The notes beneath the pieces are model-generated. The model searched no databases. It saw nothing but the letters and a program-made list of their open reading frames with translations, and was not told the DNA's origin. The position numbers were made by a program, and so were the translations under genes. A DNA stretch of 63,651 nucleotides, counting the filler, from Octopus bimaculoides (taxonomy: Eukaryota): NCBI RefSeq assembly GCF_001194135.2. It is 7 parts of 7 records of this genome, joined end to end, with 100 filler letters (N's around TTAATTAATTAA, not from the genome) between each part and the next. Parts side by side here need not be neighbours in the genome. Positions count along the whole stretch, not along the records: positions 1 to 19,063 come from NC_068988.1; 6 more parts are not named here. The stretch is one strand, 5' to 3'. This document shows, piece after piece, positions 1 to 12,700 of this stretch. Within the stretch, counting starts at the first letter, position 1; each line of letters opens with the position of its first letter.

Positions 1-39
<39 letters not shown>

Positions 40-1251
40 CATATATATGCATATATATACATAGAATCATAGACAGACCATGCTGTGTGTTTGTATAAGT
101 GTGTGGTTTACGTGGGTGTGCGTATTCTTTCGACAAATTAGCTATTTTCGTGTTATATGTTTTATATAACGTAGATCATATATCTATTTAGAATCGTTCT
201 TCTTTCACCCAAACAGGAGAATTGCATAACATTTTGTAACATACTAACGTTAGGCTGATAGGAAAAATCGCATACAGTGACCGAAATATTCACTATATAG
301 CATCCAAAACCACCTTACAATATAAGATATGTACATGGGATATGGCTCTGCATTATCCATAAAAAATATCCTGGAGGTTTAAGCCGTAGAATATTGTCAG
401 GTAAAAACGTGTGATGAAGGCGCAAAAGTTTATGTCTAATTACAGTCATCATATAATCTCTGGGAATGATATACTCAAGTAAATGTAAGTACTGGTTTGA
501 AATGATGTAGATAATATGGAGCATCTTGATACATTAGTGATTGAATTTTTATATCAGTTCTTATAACGATCCCATCATTGAAACTTTTGTTGAAGTGTTA
601 TGGCAGATGGGTAAAAGCAACGTCTAGAAACCGATTTTCGTTGAAAATGAGAGCAGAAGACGGAAAGTTGAAAAGCAAGGAGTAAGAGGTTAACAGTGGA
701 GTAGAAGAGAAAATGAGGACGTATTCTTTGTAAGCCTTAAACTTAATCAGTCGGTATCTTACCGAACTGCTAATTTTGAGGGACGTAAGCACACCAACAT
801 CGGTTGCCAATCGATGGTGGTGGTGGTGGTGGTGGTGGGGAAAATAGACACACACACAAAAATATATATACATACACGTATATATAGATAATATTATAAT
901 TAATAAGAGGAATGACCACTGAAGTGTATTCCTAATTTGCTAAAGATAGAAGTCAAATCGCCTTACCACGAAGAGTGTGTTCTCAAGAAAAATCTCAACA
1001 AAAACACCAGAATGCAAGAATGAGAAAATCGAGATCCAATCATAAACTTTTGTTGGCCCGATGCTATAATAACAAACACTTGCCGAATATGCCATATATT
1101 TATTTATTCATTTATTTATTTACTTATTTATTTATTTATTTATTTATTTATTATGCTGATGCACGTGTATATATGTTTAAATTTTGGTATACGATTATTA
1201 AGTAGCATTACGTTTGTTCATTTGCATCTAATAAGAACTGAAGTTCTTATT

Positions 1252-1485
1252 AAGGCGGCGAGCTGGCAGAAACGTTAGCACGACGGGCGAAATGCTTAGC
1301 GGTACTTCGTCTGCCGCTACGTTCTGAGTTCAAATTCCTCCGAGGTCGACTTTGCCTTTCATCCTTTCGGGGTCAATTAAATAAGTACCAGTTACGCACT
1401 GGGGTCGATATAATCGACTTAATTCGTTTGTCTGTCCTTGTTTGTCCCCTCTGTGTGTAGCCCCTTGTGGGCAGTAAAGAAATAA
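1252..1485 (+). mobile_element. tRNA-related SINE family A, full length
   Basis: ggcggcgagctggcagaa head, B-box-like gagttcaaattcc, core gaggtcgactttgcctttcatcctt, tail gtaaagaaataa. taagaactgaa occurs on both sides. Confidence 0.9.
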
Positions 1486-2249
1486 GAACTGAAATTACCT
1501 GATTACACTAACGACGTATTTCGTAGATGAAATATATTGTTATGAATTAAGGTTGTCATAGATGTCTGAATAAAAAAGAAATATTTTGAAACATTTGTTT
1601 ATAACAGGATCAAAATAAACAGTTTCCGACGAGCTGAAGATTTAGCAGATAGCAAATGCAATGATTCATTTCCAAAATATTAAAGCAGTAACATATAATC
1701 ATTCGCTCTACAATTAATTTAAACTTGTACTGAGTCTTTTCTTGGTTACCGGCTTCCATTATCTTTGATTGAAAATATTTAGTATAGATATAAGTAAGCG
1801 TGTGTATATCTGTGAGTATATATATATATATATATATNNNNNNNNNNNNNNNNNNNNNNNNNNNNNNNNNNNNNNNNNNNNNNNNNNNNNNNNNNNNNNN
1901 NNNNNNNNNNNNNNNNNNNNNNNNNNNNNNNNNNNNNNNNNNNNNNNNNNNNNNNNNNNNNNNNNNNNNNNNNNNNNNNNNNNNNNNNNNNNNNNNNNNN
2001 NNNNNNNNNNNNNNNNNNNNNNNNNNNNNNNNNNNNNNNNNNNNNNNNNNNNNNNNNNNNNNNNNNNNNNNNNNNNNNNNNNNNNNNNNNNNNNNNNNNN
2101 NNNNNNNNNNNNNNNNNNNNNNNNNNNNNNNNNNNNNNNNNNNNNNNNNNNNNNNNNNNNNNNNNNNNNNNNNNNNNNNNNNNNNNNNNNNNNNNNNNNN
2201 NNNNNNNTATATATATATATATATATATTCTTGTTCTTATGAATTTTAT

Positions 2250-2700
2250 TTCGATAAAATTTTGCTGACCCATAGGTTAGAAAACTCGTAACTGATATCG
2301 TTCTTCGCAGGTGGGAACTATAGAGAGTCAATCTCTAAATAAATTTTAAGAATTTTTTTATCAGAGATATCAAATCTTTATAAACATCTGTTTTAAAGCC
2401 GTAGAATACTTTTAAGATAGTAGAGTATTCCGTCATTTCAGTTTTGAGGCAGTAAATTAACTTGTTGTTTTCAAATTATTTTAACACAACTCTCATAAAT
2501 GTTAAATAACGTTCATTAGTTTCGTCAGAGAGCATTGCATATAGTTATTCACTTGCATGATTCTTGCCAAAACCAGAAGGTGCTATTCGCAAATGCCGTT
2601 TTAATGTGTCCCCATTGCTAAGAATTCTTTATACACTGTTGCTTCTCTCTAACAATCTTACGATTGAAAGGGGAATAATTTCCATCAGAACCTCTTCATC
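2250..2700 (-). mobile_element. Decayed hAT-like transposase relic
   Basis: One stop-interrupted frame reads QWDTLKRHLRIA...LYAMLSDETNERYLTFMRVVLK, like hAT-family QW.ELK.HF...LY.ML.D..N.LYL.FL..VL. Confidence 0.5.
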
Positions 2701-2904
2701 GTTGATTGATTGATTGAAATTATTGTACGTTAATGTATGATTCTAACCGTTGCACTGATCTGTGAAACCAGTTAGTTGATTCTTTTAGCAGATATTCAGT
2801 GTTGAAAGATAATTATTCCGTAACATGGAAGTATGCTAGATAGAGAGAGAGACAGAGAACGGCAAAAACATTTTAGAGAATCAAGTTTAGATTATTTAAT
2901 TTGA

Positions 2905-3965
2905 CTCATTTGTTGAGAAAATTGTTAACGTCACGAATGTTTTGAAGTTCTGAGCCTTGCAATAACAAATCAGTTTTTGTTTTTATTGCTAAAATCTCAC
3001 ACCACTCAAAACCTGCTTCATGTCCAAATACAATATTAATCCTAAACATTTTGATACACAAATTTATTTTGTCCTTTATCGCATTATCGAACAAAAAGAA
3101 GGGGATACGTGTCCAAATTCAGACAGGACGTACTGTTACATCTGTTCTAATTTTGTTCTTTTAGTAAGGGTAGAATAATAACATTTTTAAATGTTCCGAG
3201 CTGTTCCCTCATTTTATTTAATAGAAAATCAGCTCCAATTGCTGATAAAGGAATTCTTTATTTATAACTTCTACTAAATGATCTACTCTACAAATGCTTG
3301 CACGACAAGTTGTAATTCTTCCTAAATGTAGTTGTAATTCCAATATTTTTCTGCAGGAGAATGAGCTTGGATAGTTTGCTGCGAATTCCAGTTTATCACA
3401 AAACCTGTTAATGTTTAGTTAAAAGAAGTATGTTCTGATTACCACTGGGTTTTATTTCTGCCACACAATTTCAAAATTGTAGATCCGGTTGTGAGTATGT
3501 TCGATACATTTTGTCGTATTTTGACTGACATGCAGTATTGTTAAACACAGAATTAAATCTTTGAATTTTATAATAATGACGGTGATTCTATAACTTGGTT
3601 CTCCAAGAATATGCATTTACAGTATAAATGAAAATATTTAACATTATTCACTGCAGATTTAATTTAATTTGTCTATGCTGCTAAATAACCAAAAATATCA
3701 TTATTTCAAATAAAATAGATATATAGCGGGAATTTTACACACACCGTCATATGAAATATTTATCTAGCACCCAAAGTAGTAGTGAAACTCAAATTAAACA
3801 AATGAATTTTGATGAAAATGCAGGCGTTTAAATCAAACGAGATGTCGGTATATAAGTAAAAACACTTAGTACAAAATACTACATCACACACATACTCACA
3901 CAAATATACATACACGCATACACACATATACACACACATACAAGCACGCACACACACACACACAT

Positions 3966-3999
<34 letters not shown>

Positions 4000-5960
4000 T
4001 ACCAGAAGATGTTGATGATCCATTTACACACACCATAAATACGGTGAATAATTATAGCATGAATTATTTGCGTCATCCGGGCAACGTATAGTAGTTTATG
4101 GAGAAACTGCATTCGACAGAAAACAATCACATATCTATCTATTGTAATAATGTTGCCAATCAATATTTTTTATTTTAATATCTGTCAGAGCTCCATTATG
4201 TTCACGCCGGTCGTTATAGACAACTGGGAAAAAGCATGTAAGGTAACTGAAATTATTTCTGAATATGTGATTTGCTTCTGGAGCCATTTCGCTTGATTAT
4301 AAATCCTATAAAAATCATTGAAAGTAGCTTATAAACTGTTAATCCCATTTACCTGCACTTCTTGTAAGGAAGTGATGCGTATAAATCTTCTATCTTTACA
4401 ACATGTGTCATGCCTTTAATTTTATTGTAGAGAAATGAAAGGCTGGATGTAGCGTAACACTGCACATGACCTTCGTTTCTTTCATGGACTCTCGACTCTC
4501 TATTGGGGTGGTGAAACACGTCATGTTTTTTGCATCTTAAGCCACGCGGAGCTCATCTCTTTCCAGGTCTGAGAGCAACTTTTTTTTCGAAGATAAATAA
4601 AAAGAACAAATTTCAGATCTAGACTTGTGCATTACACATTGGTACCGAAAGTATGAATGGCAAAGCTGACTTCTGCGGCATTTGACCTGAAAGTGTAAAT
4701 ATTATATGAAATTCTATCCGACGTTCTGACGACTTTGGTATTTCAGCACCTTCTGCGAATGACAACTAATGTTTAGGATGTATGCATCCTTTCAGCATCT
4801 TATTTATGTTCTCCAAGAACAGAGTACAAATCAATTAATGCGTGTCGTTGATAGTTATTATTTCTGTTATATTACGGTATTGGATCATATACGTTTACGA
4901 CGATTTTGTGTCTATCACATTTAGATGAGTAATCTTAATTATCGTTCTGTTTAATGGAGAGGTGCTGTAATTATTTAACAGAATAGGCACTTGCAGCGAT
5001 TTACTATGAAAATGACTTTTCAAGTGATGCGAGAAAACGCTCTAAAACTAAATTTCATCACAAACTCTATCTTCATAATTTAGAAAAAGATGTTTTTCTT
5101 CAGTTCTCGTTCATCTTGTTTCATTATCTAAGTGTGTTTTCTTCTTTTATACTTCTGTAAAGCTGATGCAAACTTGTTATTTATTTTATTTTCTAAAAAT
5201 ACAGTTCGCCATTGTGAACACATCCCAAATGTCTGATCTGTATCAGTGGTCAAAATTGATTCGTCATTTGTCTAAGAAATTTGGCGAGTACTTCTGAAAC
5301 TAATTCTGCTATGATTACTACTCAAACACTTGCAGCTGCTTCTGTAATTCCAATACTTTCTTCAGAGGGAAGTGACATGGGAGATAGCTTGATTACGTGA
5401 TGGCAGCTCCAATTCTTTTATTTGTGCAATGAATTGTTTCTATGATAGTATGATCAGAATGCGTTTGACAACTCTTAAATGGTTGATTTGTGGTTAGTAG
5501 CGACAAGTTATGGTTAGTTATGCGCCAAAGTGTTCATTTGTCTTTTTTCTATTATGTGTTGCAGATATTTTTATATTCTATCATATTCTATCTAATAATA
5601 GGAATCAATATCACCGTTATCTTCTGGAATTCAAAGATTCGCACCATATGTATTTATTACTTTTACTGAGTAGAATAGATGCGATGACATTGAAAGAACT
5701 CTTCTTTGGAAAGTTATAGTTGTTCATAGTCCGACTATAATCCAAACTATTTAAATAATGAATGTCTGTTAGTCTATAGATAGAGAAAATAATCAAATTT
5801 TGTCTGCAGAAGATTGATTTGTAAAATGACAGAATCATTTCCATATTTAGTGGTATCTACCATACATTAAAATTTCTAGTTTGATTTTGTAGCTCACCAT
5901 CAAAATTACTGATTTCTCTCCAACAGTAATTTTCCCCTTAATAATTTCAAAGAGCAAGTT
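2905..5960 (-). mobile_element. Two possible MULE-like transposase relics (about 2905-3660 and 4950-5960)
   Basis: Decayed coding-like segments with weak MULE-like motifs (ELPSRN, TDQTFGMC, IFLENQVI/YKIQR, KYWNY in both). Low certainty. Confidence 0.3.
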
Positions 5961-7138
5961 AAAAGCCAATGTAATATCTTTGACCAGTTAAAGTCCAGTT
6001 CTGGACTGGACACATTAGACAAATCTCATAAAACACGACATATGAATCGACATTCGTTAAAGGTGTTTGATCATGATACCGTTTCAGTTAAAAAGGCGGT
6101 AGATTACAGAATGGCTGGAACATCGGATGCATTACCATACATTCCTTTATGTTATTAATTCTAATCACGCCGAATTTAACTTTGATTTACTTCCTTTTAT
6201 CGGCTATATAAACCTCAGCATTTACCGAGGATAATACAAAAGATAGTTCCGTCCTTAAAATTTGTGGAATTTTGACAATATTAAAATTTAATATAATTGC
6301 ATTTAACTGGTCAATACATTTCATGATAAGTCTTGGTATGTCTTAATACTATTTTTCATAATAAATTTTGGTAGCAACTGTATAAGTGTCTTAAAGTCAT
6401 TAAGTTTGATAGCGTGTTGAATACAGTTGTGAAAATAGCAAATGAGATCATAATAAATGAATTGACGTTAGTTAGCGAGATCCTATTATTTGTAATTTTA
6501 TTAGTGTAACACTTTCAATATTCCAGACTTGGAATATTAGTACAAGTTGCTCTGAAAGACAGTTCTGTTGAAGGATTGCCTCATCCAAAATGTGGTGGAA
6601 TTGTATGTTGTGTGTCGTCAGAAAATATTCATTAGACATTTAAAAGTTGTGTGTTAGTATACCATGTTAGGTGTTATTTAAAATTTCATGCTACAATCTC
6701 AGGTGCCAACGAATTCAGCTACATGCATTTTATAACTGACTCTATTTTAAATATAAAGTGTAACCAATTTTATGCCTTTAGAAGTGTTTATAATTTAATC
6801 AGGACTAGCTCAATCCGTTAATATGTGATGATGAATATTGTAATTATTCATTGCATAATTCTGTAATTAAGATATTCATTTTGCAATAATAATTCCTTCC
6901 CACAGTCAGTGGCGTAGCTAGAACATATGTTCTTCGGTGCAATCCTTCATTTGGCCGCCTCTCCGACCAATAGGCTTATACAATCCTATATAGCAGACCA
7001 CAAATTACCACACCTATACAAGTGTCACCAAGGATGATGTTATTACCCACAACACGGAACCTTACGTAAATATTTCAGTTGGGCTCTAACATTTGTGAGC
7101 GAAAATGTGTATCCAGAAATTTCATAGTAGTCCCCGAT

Positions 7139-7362
7139 AAAGGCAGCGAGCTGGCAGAAATGTTATCACGCCGGACGAAATACTTAGCGGTATTTCGTCT
7201 GCCGCTATGTTCTGAGTTCAAATTCCGCCGAGGTCTACTTTGCCTATCATCCTTTCGGGGTAGATAAATTAAGTACCAGTTACGTACTGGGGTCGATGTA
7301 ATCGACTTAATCCCTTGTTTTTCCCGTCTATGTTTAGCCCCTTGTGGGCAGTAAAGAAATAA
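7139..7362 (+). mobile_element. SINE family A with 16-bp TSD
   Basis: TSD aatttcatagtagtcc at 7118-7133 and 7365-7380. Confidence 0.9.
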
Positions 7363-7488
7363 GGAATTTCATAGTAGTCCGCCGGATAGTCCTCTAATTT
7401 CAAGTATTCAAATTTGTCTCATATTGAATGGCACGTCATTTGTTTCACAAAAGCATTAAATCGTTTAAGGAAATAATCTACCAGTTGT

Positions 7489-7760
7489 ATCGTAAAATAT
7501 ATTTGCCAACTAAATGTGGCGGGCCTATAGAGGACGGTACTACTGTTGTTGAAGACATCTCCTCCAGCTGGCCAACGACACACAATCTGTGTCCGATTAG
7601 TATTTGCGAGGGAAGTCATCGCTCCCATTCGCATATACTAATCGGACACAGACTGTGTGCCGTTGGCCAGCTGGAGCAGATGTCTTCCTGGGGCTAAAAA
7701 CAGCATTAGCACTCTCCTCTATAGGACAGCTACGTCTAATTGGCAAATGCATTTTACGAT
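7489..7760. repeat. Long imperfect palindrome (272 bp)
   Basis: Inner arms 7551-7609 / 7629-7687 (4 mismatches in 59); outer arms about 7490-7534 / 7715-7759 (8 mismatches in 45). Confidence 0.95.
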
Positions 7761-8738
7761 TCCGTATTGTTATTGTTTATCTCTCGCTCAGAGATTAAAT
7801 ATAACTACCACTTTTAGTTGTAGTTTAACAGATCGAATGGCCATAACATTCATACTTCGAAACGGCCGTAAGTGTTCAATAAGTAGTGTTAACCAATCTA
7901 ATATCTTTTCTGGTTTCTATCCCAACCTTGTTGTTATCAATGAAAGTTTTGAACATCTTTATCTATATTACGTTTCATAAGTTCAAACTCACAATTAACA
8001 ACACGTATTTTCTATTTTATTTCTAATACAGTTTTACGTAATATAACGTTTTTAGCGATATCTTATTTTAATAAACCAGCTCTTCGAGACAACTGACCAA
8101 ATATAACTCTAATTGCTAGAGGGTTGGCTAACAACGCAACTAATTGGCAATATTAAAGGTCAACGGGTTACTTTAAAATTAGAAAAAATTAAAAACGCAA
8201 AAACAAGACAATCAAGAAATAAAGTTATTTTGAAAGAAAATAATGTGAACTAAGACTTGCACAACATAGTTATAATCTCATTGGAATATAGAAGATGATG
8301 ATTAATTAATATTATCATTTATTCAGAAAACAATATTTTGGTTACAGATTAAGTGGAATCGGAGAAGAAAAAATCTGAAGACATTGTACATATGCGTATA
8401 GAAAATATATATACACATATATAAAGGCTAGTAGAGTTAGCGGTTGGAATAACCGTCTAGGGGATAAGAATATCCGTTTTACTACCGATATAACCCTGGG
8501 CATACATATGAAGGTATATGATGCTTATAAGATATAAGCAATAAAGAAAATAAGCAAGAGTTTATCAGGAATAAAATTTTAATTAAGCAGGAAATGGAGA
8601 AATTCTTGATCAAGAACAAATTGACTACCATCGATTATCGATTATTATTTTTTAATACAAAACTTTATATATAAATAAAATGGGGTATATTATAATATTA
8701 ACTTAATTCAAGATATAATCGTATGTTTCCTGTACCTG

Positions 8739-8790
<52 letters not shown>

Positions 8791-8800
8791 NNNNNNNNNN

Positions 8801-8833
<33 letters not shown>

Positions 8834-8961
8834 CACATATGTATATATATATATATAGGCATATAAGCATATACCACATAGAAATATATCTGCACACAAG
8901 CACATAGACACATCCCTACACGTATACATATGTACATAAATAATTGTATGCATGTATGTAT

Positions 8962-9074
<113 letters not shown>

Positions 9075-9646
9075 CACTTCAATAGCTATGAGGTGGAGGT
9101 CAAGGCGATTTTAGCACATTTTATCAGTAGGACCAAACACCTGAAAGTGCTGGAAGATTTATGCCGAATGCTGCCAGGAAATGATGTAGTGAATAAAGGA
9201 TGATGTTATCCTGCGCGTTCTTCCTCGGCTTTGAAACAATAAAGTGGGATTCGATCAAAGTTTCACTGCTATTCCAAGCAGTTTGGAATTCTACGTAGAA
9301 TGATGCTCTTTTGGTTCCCGTCTAGTATGTACTAAATCACTTTATGAACACGCTTAATTTCTACATATTGTAGCCTTGCTTTTCGAAAAGGGCAGTGAAC
9401 TGTCACAATAAATTCTGCACATTTTAATCTCGTGTTAATTAATTACTTTTAATTATATTTATCTTGCCACAAACCCTCAAAGTCTTTACAAGTTTTGGCG
9501 GTGGCATTGTGATATAAATAGTATTTTGGTCATCCAACACTAACGGAGCCCACGTCTTCCCATGTGTGACAATAGCCGATTTCTTCCAGCGATTGAGGAA
9601 TAACTATCAAGATGGATAGAGTGAAAGACAGAGAGAAGGAAAAAGC

Positions 9647-9684
<38 letters not shown>

Positions 9685-10024
9685 AAATGAGCGACAGAAA
9701 GTGAGAGAGAGTGTGAGAGAAGAGAGAGAAATATTCCATCTCTTACAGTGATCGAGAGATGGGCAGATACATACAGAGATAAACACAGATAGAGAGCAAC
9801 AAAGAAATGGAGGAAGAAGGACAGAAAGAGAAGATGAACTCATTACTGGTACTTCATCTTTTCGAGCTCACCGGCAATCCCACTACAAATGACACGCAAA
9901 GCCGGACGCAGGGAACTTTGAGACCAGAGCAATGTTAGAAGAAACATGTTGTAAACTATTATATCCGACGCTCAAGCGACTCTCCGAATTCATTATGTTA
10001 CTTCACTAATGCCACATCTGTGAA

Positions 10025-10385
10025 AGCGCAATGGCCCAGTGGTTAGGGCAGCAGACTCGCGGTCGCAGGATCGTGGTTTCGATTCCCAGAGTTGTGAGTG
10101 TTTATTGAGCGAAAACACCTAAAGCTCCACGAGACTCCGACAGGAGTGTGGTGGCGAACCCTGCTGTATTCTTTCGCCACAACTTTCTCCCACTGTTTCT
10201 GCTGTACCTATATTTCAAAGGAGCCAGCCTTGTCACGCTCTATGCCACGCTGAACCTCCCCGAGAACTACGTTAAGGGTACACGTGTCTATGGAGTGCTC
10301 AGCCACTCACACATTAATTTCGCGAGCAGGCTGTTTCATTGATCGGTTCAACTAGAACCCTCGTTGTAGTAACCGACGGTGGTCA
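10025..10385 (+). mobile_element. tRNA-related SINE family C
   Basis: gcgcaatggcccagtggttagggcagc A-box and ggtttcgattccc B-box. The same head occurs at 33705-33990 with a different 3' tail. Confidence 0.8.
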
Positions 10386-10749
10386 CAATGAATGCTACAT
10401 ATATTGCTATGATATTGTTTATTATTCATTATACCTAAGCAACTATCATATATAGTATTTTTCTGAAGCTTAATTATTCTCGCATATTGTTTAAATATTT
10501 TTTTATCACTCAGTACTGTAACTATCATGTTATTTAACTCAAGTTATTTCTCAACATTAAGCAAGTAAGCCAATGCTGTTGTTGTCGTAGATGTCGTCGT
10601 CGTCGTCGTCGTCGTTGTTGTTGTTGTTGTTGATTAACCCCAGATCAGCTCTATCGACTAGATCTATAACCAGATATATTCCGACAGTGATACTATCATC
10701 CAATTTTCAGACATAGCGTATCTACCGCATCAAATATTTAAAAAGTCTC

Positions 10750-12700
10750 CATGGTTGATGTTCTGCCTCTTTCAGCTCTGATAAACGTGAATTATGATGA
10801 AAGCTGTTTCCAGCTCTGAAGCTCCTGTCTTTATCATGAGTCTACAGGTATATCTTATAAAAGTGAGCCGTTTGAAGATAGTAACGTGTGAATTAAGGCT
10901 GGCTTTTGAGTCTAATTCTGTCAGATCAAGCGAATACATAAAGGCTTTCAGGTTTTCATATCTGTAGCCCCAGTAGCTATAATAGAAAATTGGTGAATTG
11001 GCAATCAACTAATCAAAAACTGAGTTGGCGAGTAGGCTTTTTTCATGAATCCTCAACTTGGTACAAATAGATGGACATATTACAACGTATTGTTTTAAAA
11101 ATGTAGAGACGCGTTCGATAATGCACTCCGTGATAAAATAACATTCAAAAGGACGACTGGATGGCCTCGGCCAGAATGTCTTTCATCATTGTTCTGTTAC
11201 ATAATCACTGACTTGGTATTAAACCATAGCAATAAAAACAATTAATCCCATTAGTTACATCTTCGTCATGAAATAGTTGTCGCTTTCTCGCATTCAAAAG
11301 TTCTAACAATAGAACAGTTTCCTTTCTCTGCTGCTGATTTTGTTGCTCATGGAATCTTATTTGCAAATATATATAACCATTGTGTCACTCCACATCACTC
11401 TTTCAGAAATATTTTCTAAATATATTTCTGAATATTTGACATTATATTCAATTTTATTTGTGTATATTATCTTCTCTAACTGATCTTCACTTACACTGAG
11501 TATCATTCCTAATTGTCTAATTGTCATGTTTACATTACCATCCTCCTAAAATAACTGTCGTTGGAATAACTAATTATATTAATAGTTATATCTTGTAAAT
11601 CTTTTATGACGGATCCTAACAGTTTTCTGTGGCTTTCCTTCTCGCATAGCTAATGCGGTTTTTAACTTTAAATTACCTGCGTATTAACAGGATATTGTTT
11701 CAATGTTGTAAAAATGCTATAAATATATCTATAGACTTGTAGCCAACACTTTAGTATGAACAGATATAAAGAAAGCGTTGTCTTCATATGCAATGACTTG
11801 GTGAACAAAAAGTCAGATTGGTTTCAATCTTGGTTTAGGAGTTCACTCTCAACTGATGGCTTTCTTTAACTGTTTACGAAGACTGCTCATTAACTTAACA
11901 TATCTAAAGGTTAAAATAAATCAGATAAACGAAATAGCAGATATAAGAATGTTAGTTCGAGTTTTTTTATGGTATAGAGTATCGCAGAATATATCTATTG
12001 ATATGTAGCCAAATGTAAATATACAAGGTTGTAGACATCTTGTTTTCTAGAGAGTACCATCGTGTACGAACAATAAAATGGATCACACAGTTTGGTTTCA
12101 ATTCTGAGTTAGGGGTTCATAACGCCCTGAGTACTCTTTTTTATTATGTAGAAAGATACGGCTTAAGAAATAAAACTCTTACTATTTCTGTGGAGTTAGA
12201 TAAATCGGAGACACTATTCCACACCCTTATCAGATATTTCGATTAATGAATATGATTGTTGATATGGCAATATTTTCCTTCAGCGCTATACAGAACTACA
12301 TAATATATCTGTAATTATAAATCGATGAAGTTGAGTGGGACTTCAAAATTCGCCTATCGGTTTGTTCAACTACTGGTTGAGGACGTTCACAGGCCAAACT
12401 CTCTGTATAAAGTCACCCCATCGATATATGTTCCGTTCTTACACTCAAACGTGTTTTAAAGCAATAACCTTATTTTAAGAGTTACAAATAAATCGTACAG
12501 GCTTATCTCTATTTTTCTGTACAGGAATATATTTTGTTTAAATCCATGGTGTTTACACTGATCTTTCCATATAGTCTCGGTTGATAATCGATAGCAGTAT
12601 TCTGTAGAACGGAGAAGAATTGAAACAAAACACTCCTAATGCAATAATAATGTAATAATCATACTAGCTGCCAAAAAACTGGTGTATTCAATGCACCTAG
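10750..12700 (+). mobile_element. Heavily decayed APE-type LINE (endonuclease to RT remnant)
   Basis: RT motif remnants at 11990-12240 (YKVVDILFSR...QFGF...SVELDKS) and a second copy at 11720-11900 (QIGF). The upstream sequence looks like decayed coding DNA with many stops. Confidence 0.45.

Noticed and set aside
11400-11540. Death-domain-like peptide TIRQLGMILSVSEDQLEKI on the minus strand
   Set aside because: Short, flanked by stops, and inside a region better explained as a plus-strand LINE relic.
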